A DNA stretch of 63,035 bases, the filler included, from Octopus bimaculoides (taxonomy: Eukaryota), in the NCBI RefSeq assembly GCF_001194135.2. It is 3 parts of 3 records of this genome, joined end to end, with 100 filler letters (N's around TTAATTAATTAA, not from the genome) between each part and the next. Parts side by side here need not be neighbours in the genome. Positions count along the whole stretch, not along the records: positions 39,345 to 63,035 come from NC_068987.1; 2 more parts are not named here. One strand, given 5' to 3'. The number at the start of each line of letters is the position of its first letter. Positions within the stretch are counted from its first letter, which is position 1. The notes under the pieces were generated by a model, which was not told the DNA's origin, did not search any database, and saw only the letters and a program-made list of their open reading frames with translations. Shown one piece after another: positions 39,973 to 53,437 of the stretch. Both the position numbers and the translations under genes were made by a program.

Positions 39973-41081
39973 AACAACAAACAAGATGAGGACAAATATC
40001 TGTCGAATGTAAATAAGGTAAATAATGTAAATAATGTTGGCTCCTTTTAGTTTCCATCTGTCAAATTCATTCACAGCTTCATGAATATGAAACAATGCTC
40101 CATATTACACATGACATTTGTAATAGCAAATCCAGTTTTTATCATTTGAACTCATTATTTGGTCACTGATATAAAGCAATGAAAGGGTAAAATTGTTAGC
40201 ACACAGGACAAATTGCTAAGTAGCTTTATGCCATCTTTGCATTCTGAGTTCAAATTGTACCAAGGTCAACTTTGTCTTTCATCCTTTCAGAGTTGATGAA
40301 ATAAGTACTAGTAATACACTAGGGTCAGTGTGATCAACTTTTATATTCTTCTACTCGTTAGATAAACAGATTTCACAGAGCAGAGATAGACACAACTGCC
40401 TTCACACGATGTACATCAAATTACTCCACTAAATACAAAATCTCAATGACTCCTACGACTTCTCTGTTTCAACCAATATGCTACTTTTTATAAGAGTGGA
40501 TTTAACAGACAGAAACAGAAAGAACCCCATCATATATATATATATATATATATTTACTTGTTTCAGTCATTTGACTGCGGCCATGCTGGAGCACTGCCTT
40601 TAGTCGAGCAAATCGACCCCATGACTTATTCTTTGGAAGCCTAGTACTTATTCTATCGGTCTCTTTTTGCCGAACCACTAAGTTATGGGGACGTAAACAC
40701 ACCAGCATCGGTTGTCAAGCGATGGTAGGGGGACAAACACAGACACACAAACACACATACATACATATATATATATATATATACATATATACGACGGGCT
40801 TCTTTCAGTTTCCGTCTACCAAATCCACTCAGAAGGCTTTGGTCAGCCCGAGGCTATAGTAGAAGACACTTGCCCAAGATGCCACGCAGTGGGACTGAAC
40901 CCGGAACCATGTGATTGGTAAGCAAGCTACTTACCACACAGCCACTCCTGCGCCTATATATATTTGTGCGTCTGCCTGTGTTTCCCTCCATCATCACTTG
41001 ACAACTGATGTTGGTGTGTTTACGTCCCTGTAACTTAGCAGTTCAGCAAAAGACACCAATAGAGTAAGTGATGGTGGAGGG

Positions 41082-41122
<41 letters not shown>

Positions 41123-42072
41123 TATATACATATATATATGTACAATGATTTTGATCTACCAAATCCACTCACAAGGCTTTGGTGGATATGAGCTTATAGC
41201 AGAAGATACTCACCCAGGATGGCATGGAGTAGTATTGAACCCAGAGCCATGTGGTTAGGAAGCCAATTTCTTACCACACAGCCACATATTTACAGAATGA
41301 ACACCATCACTTGAATTACACTTTTGCTAGTCTTCTGTAACTTTAAAACTTTACATCTTCATGTGAATATAAGAAATTATAAATTTTTTTCCTTACTATT
41401 GACTCGTATGTACTATTTAGGAATATCCCTACATTGCAAGTTGAGTCGCTGTTGCAGAAAATTTGTGATATTTGCCTGAAGCTATACGATTCTATGTATT
41501 CTGATTATATGTTCCACTGGTAGGATACAGAGTTGGTAAGAAAAGTCAATATCCTATTCCATATTCTGAAAATTTTTTTGCTTACTACCCAACCCTTTTT
41601 TTCTTTCTTTTCCCCATTATGACTCTCCATTAAAAACAAAATTTTTGCCTCGGCACCATCCAGCATAGAAAATGTGAACTTGTCACTTATCTTGTTCATC
41701 ATCTCAGAAACACTGCTTGTTTAAGAAAATAGGAGAAAATAGAATTTTATATTTTATATTATTGTGTGTGGTTCTTATTTTTGTTTTTATGTATTTTTTT
41801 TGTGTGTGTTTTTGTTTCTTTTCCTAGGAAAGTGATAGATTAAAAAAAACAATGGGATAAAAATGGGATGAAAAAAGAAATAAAAGTAATTTTGCAAATA
41901 AATGAGGAAGAAAAATGTTCTTTTCATTTTAATACTTATTTATTTTCTCTGCCAAGTGAACATGGATTTGATGGTTTTTGGTTGTTTGGATGTAATTCCT
42001 ATGTATAGCGAAGTGAGAGAGGTTATATGGATAAGGGGTTTATAGGAGGGAAAGAAGCAATATATATATGCA

Positions 42073-42121
<49 letters not shown>

Positions 42122-43760
42122 NNNNNNNNNNNNNNNNNNNNNNNNNNNNNNNNNNNNNNNNNNNNNNNNNNNNNNNNNNNNNNNNNNNNNNNNNNNNNNN
42201 NNNNNNNNNNNNNNNNNNNNNNNNNNNNNNNNNNNNNNNNNNNNNNNNNNNNNNNNNNNNNNNNNNNNNNNNNNNNNNNNNNNNNNNNNNNNNNNNNNNN
42301 NNNNNNNNNNNNNNNNNNNNNNNNNNNNNNNNNNNNNNNNNNNNNNNNNNNNNNNNNNNNNNNNNNNNNNNNNNNNNNNNNNNNNNNNNNNNNNNNNNNN
42401 NNNNNNNNNNNNNNNNNNNNNNNNNNNNNNNNNNNNNNNNNNNNNNNNNNNNNNNNNNNNNNNNNNNNNNNNNNNNNNNNNNNNNNNNNNNNNNNNNNNN
42501 NNNNNNNNNNNNNNNNNNNNNNNNNNNNNNNNNNNNNNNNNNNNNNNNNNNNNNNNNNNNNNNNNNNNNNNNNNNNNNNNNNNNNNTAACCCCCCCATAC
42601 ACAAACACACACACACTCTCGTGCACACATGCACATAACCCTCCCCCCCATACACAAACACACAGACACTCTCATGCACACACACAAGCATGCTTACACT
42701 CATACACACACTCATGTTTTATACGGATATATGGCTGTAAATTTAGAAAGTTCCCTTCCAAACTTTGTGGTCTTGGGTTCAGCTCCACTGTTTGCCATTT
42801 GAGGCAAGTGTTGTCTACTAAAGCATCTTTTACTTCATATATTTTACAGTAATTCTAACAAAACTATTCTAACATAACTGGTTTTTATTCATCAAGAACT
42901 CTGGTGGAAACAATATTTCCTATTTCAGAACTGTTAACATGCCAAGCAAAATGCTTAGCAGTATTTTGTCTGCCGTTACGTTCTGTGTTCAAATTCCACC
43001 AAGGTCGATGTTGCCTTTCGTCCTTTTGGGGTTGACAAAATAAGTACCAGTTGGACACTGGAGTCGATGTAATCACCTTAATCCCTTTGTTTCTCCTTCT
43101 TTGTCCCCTCTACATTTAGCCCCCTGCGGGCAATAAAGAAATAAACATTTCTAATGATGTTTACGTTCTGAGTTCAAATTCTGCCGAGGTCAGTTTTGCC
43201 TTTCATCTTTTTGGGGTTGATAAAATAAGATCCAGTTGGACACTGAGGTTGATGTAATCGACTTAATCCCTTTGTCTGTCCTTGTTTGTCCCTCTACATT
43301 TAGCCCCCTGTGGGCAATAAAGAAAGAAAGAAATATTTCTTATTTTCCTATTTTGTGGCTTGATACTCTGATGAAAATTTGTCCACTTGCCCTAATACAT
43401 GCTTTTAACAAAGAGGGCAACGTGGACTTGTCAGGTCAACTTCAGCAACCCTAAAGGACTGTCTGTGATATTTTATTCTCTTTTTTCTTTTATCTTCTTA
43501 CTTGTTTCAGTCATTTTACCGTGGCCATGCTGGGGCACTGCCTTGAAGAATTTTAGTTGAACAAATCAACCCCAGTATTTAATTTGTTTTTTAAGCCTGG
43601 TACTTAGTCTATCAATTTCTTTTTTTTTTTTTGCAAAACTTCTAAGTTACAGAGAGTTAAACACACCAGCACCAGTTGTCAAGTGACGATGGAGGGGTGG
43701 GGAGCAAACACAGCCCCAAGACATACACACACACATACATATATATATTCATATACATAT

Positions 43761-43833
<73 letters not shown>

Positions 43834-43984
43834 CATGCACACACACTATGGGCTTCTTTCAGTTTCCATCTATCAAATCCATGCACAAGGCTTCAGTCAA
43901 CTTGAGGCTATAGTAGAAGACATTTTCCCAAGGTACCATGCAGTGAAACTGAACCTGGGACTATGTGGTTGGGAAGCAAATGTT

Positions 43985-45070
43985 ATACCATACATTCAAG
44001 CCTGCATCATGCCATTTATTGCTAGTCATAATAAAAGACAGTCTCACTGCAAACTGAAGGTGCATACCTGATGAAATGAGAGGAATGCATGGAAAAACAT
44101 CTTTGCTCTTGTTACAGCAAATCATAACGGTGATTTCAACAATATGGAGCACAAGAGTTTTGGCAGCTGATCTTTTATCATTACAGAGATTTAATGCATC
44201 CAAGTTTTGTAGAAACATAATGCATTCAATTGCCAATTATGAAGTGGAAAGTCATTAAAGAACTGAAAAATTCCCTTGGGTAATTAGGAGCAACATTAAT
44301 TTCTTCTAGAATGTGAACTGATTTCTACCATCTTGATTGAATTGATGCCTGTTGAAGGACAGTGACATTAATATCCTGCAAAATGTCACTTGGCAGTTCT
44401 ACAGAGACACATTCAGAAAATCACTCAAGATTTCTATAATTTTGCAAGAGACCAAGATAAAGTTTCAATAACAGGTTTTGAGACATAGTGCTGATTATTC
44501 TGTAATTTTGATTCTTCAATGTTTTTGTTTGTTTTGTATTTTGACATCTCTAATTTCACTGGTAGCTGACCATTGCTTCCAATGGAAGTAAAACTTCTTG
44601 CAGATTGGGCTGCTAAAATATTTCTGTTTAGTGAAATGTTTAATAGACAACATTTTCCTCTTATCTTCAAATATAGATTTCTTTTAAGGCATGCCTGAAA
44701 TCACCAGAGAGCAAGATTGTGGCTCCACCCATAATATCAATGTTACCTTTGAGATATTCTTTGATGCATTTGAACATTCCAAGTCTGTGAAAGATTGTGC
44801 ACTTATTTCATACTTTCAGGTTGGCTTCTTTCAAAACCTTTCTATGTCAAGATCTTTTTGCTCTGGGCTGTCCTCATGTACCAGGTTGAGTGGCAACTTA
44901 AAACAAGAATGATAAGTCCTACCAACAATGAGCAAATTCACAGCAATTGTATATGAGGCCTTTGCAATAGCAAATTGTTTGTGCAAACAAACTTTTGATA
45001 GAAATTATGTTGATCAAAAAAGTTTTTCTTGTTCCGCCAGAACATATATCACTTCTGGTGAATCAACATT
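43985..45070 (-). mobile_element. Helitron PIF1-type helicase remnant
   Basis: Minus strand across stops: GGTRKTFLIN (Walker A), GRTYHSCFKLPLNL, IMGGATILLSGDFRH, YPREFFSSL, then a QFAVRLSFIMTSNK motif (cf. QFPVRLAFAMTINK). Confidence 0.9.
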
Positions 45071-45071
45071 A

Positions 45072-45102
<31 letters not shown>

Positions 45103-45273
45103 CATCATCATCATCATCATCATTGTCGTTTAACGTCCGCTTTCCATGCTAGCATGGGTTGGATGATTTGACTGAGGATTGATGAAACCAGATGGCTACA
45201 CCAGGCTTCAATCTGATTTGGCAGAGTTTCTACAGCTGGATGCCCTTCGTGCGTGTGTGTGTGTATGTATATA

Positions 45274-45474
45274 CAAGTGAGTGCTAAAAAGTTCTTGGCT
45301 TTAAGAGTATCACAAATGGTCTGGTTGGGGACCTAACCTCTCAAATTCTTTTAAAGGGCTTAAAAAAAATGAAGGACCACAGCAATAAGTCTGTGAATCT
45401 GAGAGGTAGATATAATTAACTGATCTGCTTGTATTTTCTGTTATCCAAAACCAGGAACTCTTCAGTCTCCCACC

Positions 45475-45478
<4 letters not shown>
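45274..45478. mobile_element. Mariner-type MITE
   Basis: Degenerate terminal inverted sequences (..AAAAAGTTCTTGGCTTT / AAAACCAGGAACTCTTCAG..) flanked by TA. Confidence 0.5.
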
Positions 45479-45518
<40 letters not shown>

Positions 45519-46279
45519 CAGATGGTGTTCTTTCAGTTTCTGTCTACCAAATCTACTCACAAGGCTTTGGTCAATCTGGAGCTATTGTATATGACTTATT
45601 TCCAAGGTGCCACATAGTGGGGACTGAACTCTGCTATGAAATGATACTGAATTTATATCTTCAAAAATGTTAATACAAAGTTTCAAAAACAATAGGAAGA
45701 TGGAATATATTTTCATTATTTCACATTTAAATTTCTATATATTGATAAAAATAAAAATCCTTTATACTTAACGTGTTCTGCCAATATTTGTAACAATACA
45801 AGAAACAGTTATATTTCGCACAAAATATACAAGCATAATATATTGGAATGATGCAGCTATTAATATTCCTCTTTTAAAAAGAAAAATATCATATTTTCGA
45901 AAACTTAGTATGCAGTGACAAATACTTTGGGAAATAGAAAATTATTTATTCTTTCATTATTTCATGTTTAAATTTGTATGTATTAATATCAAATTGTGTT
46001 TACTTAAAGTACTCCTGCAATATTGGTAACCAAACCAGGAGGGAATTATATTTCACAGAAAATTCATTGACTATATATGCATTGGACACATATTGGAATG
46101 CTGCCATTATTAAAGTACTTCATTAAAAGAATTGTATCTTCAAAAAGTTAGTACCTGGGTCTCCCTCTTTCACAGGTGCCATCCATTCTTGGTGAAAGGA
46201 CAGTCATCTAGTAGTAGAAAATCTGCCTTAACTAATTCTATTCAATTCATGATAAGATTTCTGTAATTCAGAAACTGTG

Positions 46280-46415
46280 CTCAACGTCGTCGTCATCGTC
46301 GTCATCGTCGTCATCAATACCATCATCGTTGAATTCATTGTCATCATCATTGTAACCATTGTTATCATCGTCATCATTATTGTTATCATCATCATCGTCA
46401 TCAGCTTCATCAATG

Positions 46416-46448
<33 letters not shown>

Positions 46449-46525
46449 CCATCATTGCCTTCAGCGTCATCATCATCATCATCAATGCCATCATCATCAT
46501 CTGCATCAGCATCATCATCATTATT
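46280..46525. repeat. Imperfect (CAT)n/(GAT)n trinucleotide array
   Basis: Directly visible; source of the poly-M/D/I/S ORFs in the track. Confidence 0.95.
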
Positions 46526-47929
46526 TAATGTCCACTTTTCCATGCTTGCATGGCTCAGACAGAATTTGTTTAGGCAGTTTTTCTTTATGGTTGGACACCT
46601 TTCCTGTCACCAACATTTATGTGTATTCCAACTAAGGTAATATTTCCTCTTACTTGATCAGACATGTATATATATATGTGTGTGTGTGTGTGCATGTGTG
46701 TGTGTGTGTTTGTGTGTGTGCGTGAGCATGTGTGTGTGTGTGTGTGTGTGTTATGGAAGGCTGGAAACGAACAATATCACTTGTATGATGATGATGGTGA
46801 TGCTCATTTACAAACATCACAAGTGAAAGAATAAAACACATTTGAAATGTTATCATGTTATTGACATGACTAAACTACTTCAACCATTGCCGAGACATAC
46901 TCTAACTTTTCCACAACCACCAAAAATAATAATAATAATAATAATAATTATTATTATTATTATGATGATGATGATGATTATCATGATGATCATGATGTTA
47001 AAAAACAAATAAAGATAAAACAGTTTCTGAACTAATAAAAACATCTACTAAAATACACCATCTGTTTTCTTAGTGGCAATATCAATCAAAGAACATCAAT
47101 ACAGCCAATCGTGACACTAAACAACATGAATATATTACAAACACAGAGAAACTAAAATTCTAGGATTTATATATAAATACATCTGCAATATTCACAGTCA
47201 CAGCACATGGGGTAGGTTTCGGTAAAGAAATAGAAACAATGCTTTACAGTCTGAAAGCATGAGCTTTAGGCAAGCTGCTTGTATGTGGCTGCCTGGTCTG
47301 CTAGATATAGTAATCAAGTCCTCTTAACGTAACACCTTGTCCCTTTTAAAAAGGAAGAACATATCACACTATGTGGAATGGAAGAGTCGCTGAAGAGGTC
47401 ACAGGTGTGTGATGAAAGATTTTCTGACATCACCACAATATTATCTTAGATACACTAAGGCAGTGAGCTGGCAGAATCGTTAGCATGCCGGACAAAATGC
47501 TTAGTGGCATTTCATCTGGCTCTATGTTCTGAGTTCAAACTCTACTAAGGTCAACTTTATCTTTCATTCCTTCAGAGTCAATAAAATAAGTATAAGTTGA
47601 GTACTGGGGATCAATGTAATCAACTTACCCTCTCCCCTAAAGTTGCTGGCCTTGTGCCAAAATTTGAAACCATTACCTTAGATATATTCATCTACTTAAG
47701 CTATTCGCTCCCTATGAAGCACAGGCTATCAAAAACATTTTTTCCTCTGTTTACAACACTGGGCTGTCTTCAGGGCCACCCCATCAGTAGTGGGAGGAGA
47801 GCACCCCATGAAGGAAGACCTTCCTCTCCCAGGTCTTGATGGGTTTGAATTGTCATCGATGCTTCTGTAACTTAGTTTTTTTGTTTTTTTGTCTTTTATT
47901 AGATAGGAGTGTTGGGTCTATGCAAACCC

Positions 47930-48090
47930 ATTTTTACCTCTAGATAGAAGTGGCAGGGTCCATATTAGTCTGATCTCTGTCCTTTGACCTGTCCAGCATG
48001 GGGGGTCCTAACAAGAGCTTGCTTACCACTAGCATAGCTCCCAGGGTCATTGGGGCACACAAGCCACCACCCTGCAACAAGGACTGAACT
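47930..48090 (-). mobile_element. RTE (BovB-like) 5' region remnant
   Basis: Minus strand CCTTGTTGCAGGGTGGTGGCTTGTGTGCCCCAATGACCCTGGGAGCTATGC..GGACAGGTCAAAGG resembles RTE-clade 5' ends. Confidence 0.5.
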
Positions 48091-48849
48091 TGGTGGTTGT
48101 ATCTTAGATATATTTGCTTCCTAACCACATGGTTCTGGGTTCAGTTCTACTGCATAGCACCTTGGGCAAGAGTCATGAATGACCATAGGATTGCCCCTAG
48201 AAAGTTCCCCTCCAAGGAACAAGTCTGGACAAGGTTGTTTTATGGAAGACCAGCAGTCACCTATGCATACCAGCCTCCTCTCTTACGCCACTGATGTTAT
48301 CCAAGGGAAAAGCAAGGCCGATACAGCTTGGAACCAGTGACATCGCAACATATTTCTACAGCTGAGTGAATGGAGCAATGCCATATAAAGTGTCTTGCTC
48401 AAGAACACAACACACAGCCCAGTCCCCAGGGATCAAACTCACTACCTCATGATTGTGAGCCTGATGCTCTAACCACCGAGTCATCAGTAATCAACCACAA
48501 AAATATTTAATAACAAATTTGAATTCTTGGCCTACACTGATAGAAACAGTGCATAATAACCTTTACTATGCCTGCTCCCCAGGGAAATGTCTGAATGAAT
48601 TTTCACACCCATACAAAAGTCATATCACATATGAATATAATTAAGTTAATTTTCTAATGACTAATTTATTTTTTTGAATTGAACCATATCTAGTTGCAGC
48701 CATGGCTGTGTGTCAAGAAATTTGATTCCCATTAGTACTATTCCAGGTTCAGTCCCACTGTGTGACACCTTGGGCAAGTGTCTTCTACTACAGCTTCAAA
48801 TTGACCCAAAGCCTTGTGAGTGGATTTGGTAGACAGAAACTGTAAGAAG

Positions 48850-49079
48850 GAGGTGAGCTGGCAGAAACATTGGCACGTTGGGCAAAATACTTAGCGGTAT
48901 TTTGTCTGCCGTTACGTTCTGAGTTCAAATTCTGCCAGAGTCCACTTTGCCTTTCATCCTTTCGGGGTCGATAAATTAAGTACCAATTACGCACTGGGGT
49001 CAATATAATCGACTTAATCCCTTTGTTTGTCCTTGTTTGTCCCCTATATGTTTAGCCCCTTGTAGGCAATAAAGAAATA
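48850..49079 (+). mobile_element. Family-C SINE inserted in a family-B SINE, with 15-bp TSD
   Basis: Flanked by AGAAACTGTAAGAAG (48835-48849) and AGAAACTGAAAGAAG (49080-49094); the host SINE resumes after the second copy. Confidence 0.9.
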
Positions 49080-49775
49080 AGAAACTGAAAGAAGCCCATC
49101 ATGCATGTGTGTGTGTGTGTGTGTGTGAGAGAGAGTGTGTGTGTTTGTGTGTGAGTGTGTGTGTTTGTGTGTGTATGTGTGAGTGTGTGTGTTTGTGTAT
49201 GTGTGTGTGTTTGTGTATGTGTGTGTGTTTGTGTGAGTGTGTGTTTGTGTTTGTGTGCGCGTGTTTGTGTATGTGTGTACATGTATGTTACTGTCTCTTT
49301 GCCTTGACATGGTGTAATAGTTAGAAATTAATGTTACCAGAATGGCTGGTTTACAAATTTGAACTGGTAATACCATTGCATTTACACACACATCACTGCT
49401 TAGTGTTCCCACCCCTTAATTTATTTATGGTCAGCTGCCGATTTGCGCTACTAATCAATGCACAACTGGAGTAACATAAGAGAGATTGTCTCCCTCATCA
49501 GCTCATAGCGCCACTGTTCAGTTTCTGAGACTGAAGAGGAGATAACTGCTCCAAAATACTTGAATCTCACAGTCTGGATAGGTGGCAATGCAAGCTGATA
49601 TATGCAGTGGGACTGAACCCGGAACCATGTGGTTGGTAAGCAAGCTACCTGCCACACAGCCACTCCTGCAGCAATAGTAGAGATAAATTATCAATGGCCT
49701 ATACTTCATAGTGAGTGGATGGGCTTTAGTAAGTAAATGAGAAATTCCAGCATGCCTTGGGGCCAGAATATGTCA

Positions 49776-50435
49776 TTAACCCTTTAGCATTCAAATTACT
49801 TTGTCAAATGTAATGTTTATTTATTCACGTCGTGTTGAATTAATAATGCATTATCTCATAGCTTTGAGATTCTGCTGACATGGTTGTTTATTTTTAGAAT
49901 GACATTGTGGGGTAGGAGTGAGGGGCCAGATTTGGTCAGTTTAAACATAAAAACAGGAAGATTATTTTGACTGGATATTCTCTCTTTACTCTCTCTCTCT
50001 CTTTCACTCTTTTACTTGTTTCAGTCATTTGACTGCGGCCATGCTGGAGCACTGCCTTTTAGTCGAGAAAATCGACCCCAGGACTTATTCTTTGTAAGCC
50101 TAGTACTTATTCTATCGGTCTCTTTTTTGCCGAACCGCTAAGTTATGGGAACATAAACACACCAGCATCGGTTGTCAAGTGATGGTGGGGGGACAAATAC
50201 AGACGCACAAACACATACATATATATATATATACATATGTATGACGGGCTTCTTTCAGTTTCCGTCTACCAAATCCACTCACAAGGCTTTGGTCGGCCCA
50301 AGGCTATAGTAGAAGACACTTGCCCAAGGTGCCACGCAGTGGGACTGAACCCAGAACCATGTGGTTGGTAAGCAAGCTACTTACCACACAGCCACTCCTG
50401 TACCTATATGGTCAGTTTAAATGCTAAAGAATTAA
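49776..50435. mobile_element. piggyBac-type MITE with TTAA TSD, interrupted by a family-B SINE (~49980-50408)
   Basis: TTAA-CCCTTTAGCATT ... AATGCTAAAGAA-TTAA. A lone matching end AATGCTAAAGGGTTAA lies near 59465. Confidence 0.75.
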
Positions 50436-50929
50436 ACAACAATAGTTGGAATCAACTTAAGGAGTAAGTAAAGATAAAATCACCTTCTCAAGTCATACTG
50501 ACTCATAAGGACCGATTACCCAGTTCATGGCATATATATTCCCCACCTGGGCAGGGCACCAGTCCGTCACAGGATTATTCATTTCTGCCAGCTGAGTGGA
50601 CTGCAGCGTGAAATGAAGTGTTTTGCTAAAGAACACAACATGTCGCCCAGTCCAGGAATTGAAACCCACAGTCTTTCCACTAATCTATGTGCCTCTACAA
50701 GTCCCTTTCAAATATTTGATTGACTGTCCCCCTGTTAGATAGTCAGCATCTGGAAGAGTTGATAGGAACCATTTCGGTTACTGTCAGTTCTTCAACAATT
50801 CTCTGTTATTGTTCAATGGTCAGTGTTTAGAGGACTCCATTGTGGTATGTTTTGGTTCTGATAATTTTTTGCAAAGACCTAAGTTTTCATAACCATCCAG
50901 TTCATGTCAGTATAGAAGAGAAGAGATAA

Positions 50930-50968
50930 TAAATGATAATAATAATAACAACAACAATAATAATGATG

Positions 50969-51002
<34 letters not shown>

Positions 51003-51007
51003 TGATG

Positions 51008-51093
<86 letters not shown>

Positions 51094-51105
51094 AAGAATG
51101 ATAAC
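50930..51105. repeat. Compound (AAT)n-(AAG)n microsatellite
   Basis: Directly visible; one of many simple repeats in the window. Confidence 0.95.
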
Positions 51106-51792
51106 AAATAAATAAATGAAAAGATAACTAAATGAAATACAACAATGAAATAAATAGCCAAAGATGCCATCGAAAAAGATTGAAATAAAAAGACTCAGAA
51201 ATATAATATTGTAGATGTAAAGAGGGTAAAAAATATTGCAATAAGATTATTTTTATGCAAACTTATTTCCCAGAAATTTTTGCCACAATCTCAAACTAAG
51301 TAGAAACAAAGAGAGATTAAGTTCTCAAAACCAAGAATTCTTTAATCAATTTAGAACACACACAAAGACCTACACATACATACATGCATACATGCATACA
51401 TACATACGTACACAAGATCAGGTACATTTACACATGCATACATGCACGCTCACACAAACACACACACACAAACATTAACATGCAGACAGACATACATATA
51501 TACAGACATCTTCAACACACATACACATAGAGATATTTCTTTTTCTCTATCACTCTCTCACATGCACACACACACACAAATAAACAGACATACACACATG
51601 CACATACACATGCATGCGCACACACACGAACAAACAAACAAACACGTACACACATACAAACACACACAAACATTTACATGTAGACAGGCATAGACATACG
51701 CAAAGACACCTCAACACATATGCACACAGATACCTCTCTCTATCACTCTTTCTCTCTCTCTCTCTCTTGCACACGAGCACACATGCGAACAT

Positions 51793-51827
<35 letters not shown>

Positions 51828-51947
51828 TCTGAAGAAGAGTGATTTTGGTAAAGAAGATTAATGAATACTGTTTGTCTAGCATCCAAGACCAGCTATAGGC
51901 AGACGTAGACACAAATGAACGTAGACAATTTCACCGGAACTCCTTCA

Positions 51948-52043
<96 letters not shown>

Positions 52044-53268
52044 CACAGACCACAGCTGTTCAATAAATATAAATAAAAATATTAATGTCATCCACTAGAA
52101 ACTGACTTTAATACTTTTATTCAATCTGATGCAGAGTTCTGCAAAGAAGAAAGAAAAAAAAATCAATTTGAACTAAACAAACAAACAAACTAGAAAAAAA
52201 AAGGTTAAAGAAAGAAGGAGAAAAAGGCACATTTATATCAATCAGCAGAAGACAGGTTTAACCTGTTGACAATTTATTTGACTTCGACTGCCATATATGG
52301 ACAGCTCTTGAATCGGGCTGCATTCCGCAAGAGCTCATTCCTTATCCATATATTTCCATTAACTTCTCACTAATCACTTACTTCTGTAAACGTAAACACT
52401 ACAGTTCTCCACAGCTGCTTATTTGTCATATAGCACAGATATGATCAAGAGTGAAGAGCTCGTTATAAAGGGAAAGCATGCATACACCACATCGCATGCC
52501 CACAGGCACACACTCATATCCACTGATTTACACAAACACACATGCAAACACATACCCACACAATCACACACATGCATGCATGCATACCTACTTACATGCA
52601 GAAACACCTGTATCCTTACTAACATTTTCGACGAGATCTATGTCAAAGCTATTTGAATAATAAGCAAAACTTCTGCTCACCCATATTCCCCAGCCATTGG
52701 CCAAATATCAAACCATCCATTCTCTCTGTCTCTTCCAAAGCCATTTCAATGGTCTCTGCTTCACTGAATTTGCAACTGGTTCCTTTGACAGTGTTGTAAA
52801 TTATCTTTCTTTTGTTATGTTCAGAAAGAACTTCTTTTGAGAAAGAAAACTTTAAATTCCAATGGCCATTTCATCAGGACAAATAGAGACAGTAACTTGA
52901 GGCCAAAATGACCATCAAAGATATCTGGATTTTGCCAACAATTTCTGCTTCGTATTAATGAAATACTTTCAATAGTGTTATTTTATTTATATATTCTGAC
53001 AATTCTATTTTTAACACAAGTCATTCCATAGAAGAATTACTTCCTTCCAATAAAATATACCCCCGCTCCATAGGTAATGGCCTTAGGTTCAGTCCCATTC
53101 AACAGCACCTTGAGCAAGTGTCTTCTGTTATAGCCTCAGGCCAACCAATGCCTTGTGAGATAATTTGGTAGACAGAGATTGTGTGAAAGCCCTTCATATG
53201 TAAATAGACCGATTCATACATAGACAGAACAGGCAGCAGACAGATAGCTAGATGGAGTGATAAATATT

Positions 53269-53437
53269 CAGTTGTGGCCAAAAATTTGGAACATTTTTTT
53301 GTTAAATTAAAATTGTTAAATCCAAGAACAATTCGATTCCAATATATTCAACATAGAGATATGCTTACCTGATAACTGGGCATTTAATGTAAAAATTCTA
53401 ATTTTCAGACTTACGTTTCAAATTTTGGCCACAACTG
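53269..53437. mobile_element. Tc1-type MITE, 169 bp
   Basis: TIRs CAGTTGTGGCCAAAA / TTTTGGCCACAACTG, TA on the right flank. Confidence 0.75.

Larger units (their letters stand above)
39590..40040. mobile_element. Head-to-head inverted dimer of the tRNA-head / hammerhead-tail element
   Basis: Full copy on minus (head ~39890-39810, AAT run, tail to ~39590) plus an internally deleted plus copy (39894-40040). Arms 39612-39740 and 39909-40037 are near-complementary. Confidence 0.85.

Noticed and set aside
52283-52315. Short hairpin AGCTCTTG..CAAGAGCT
   Set aside because: An 8-bp stem is expected by chance in 63 kb.
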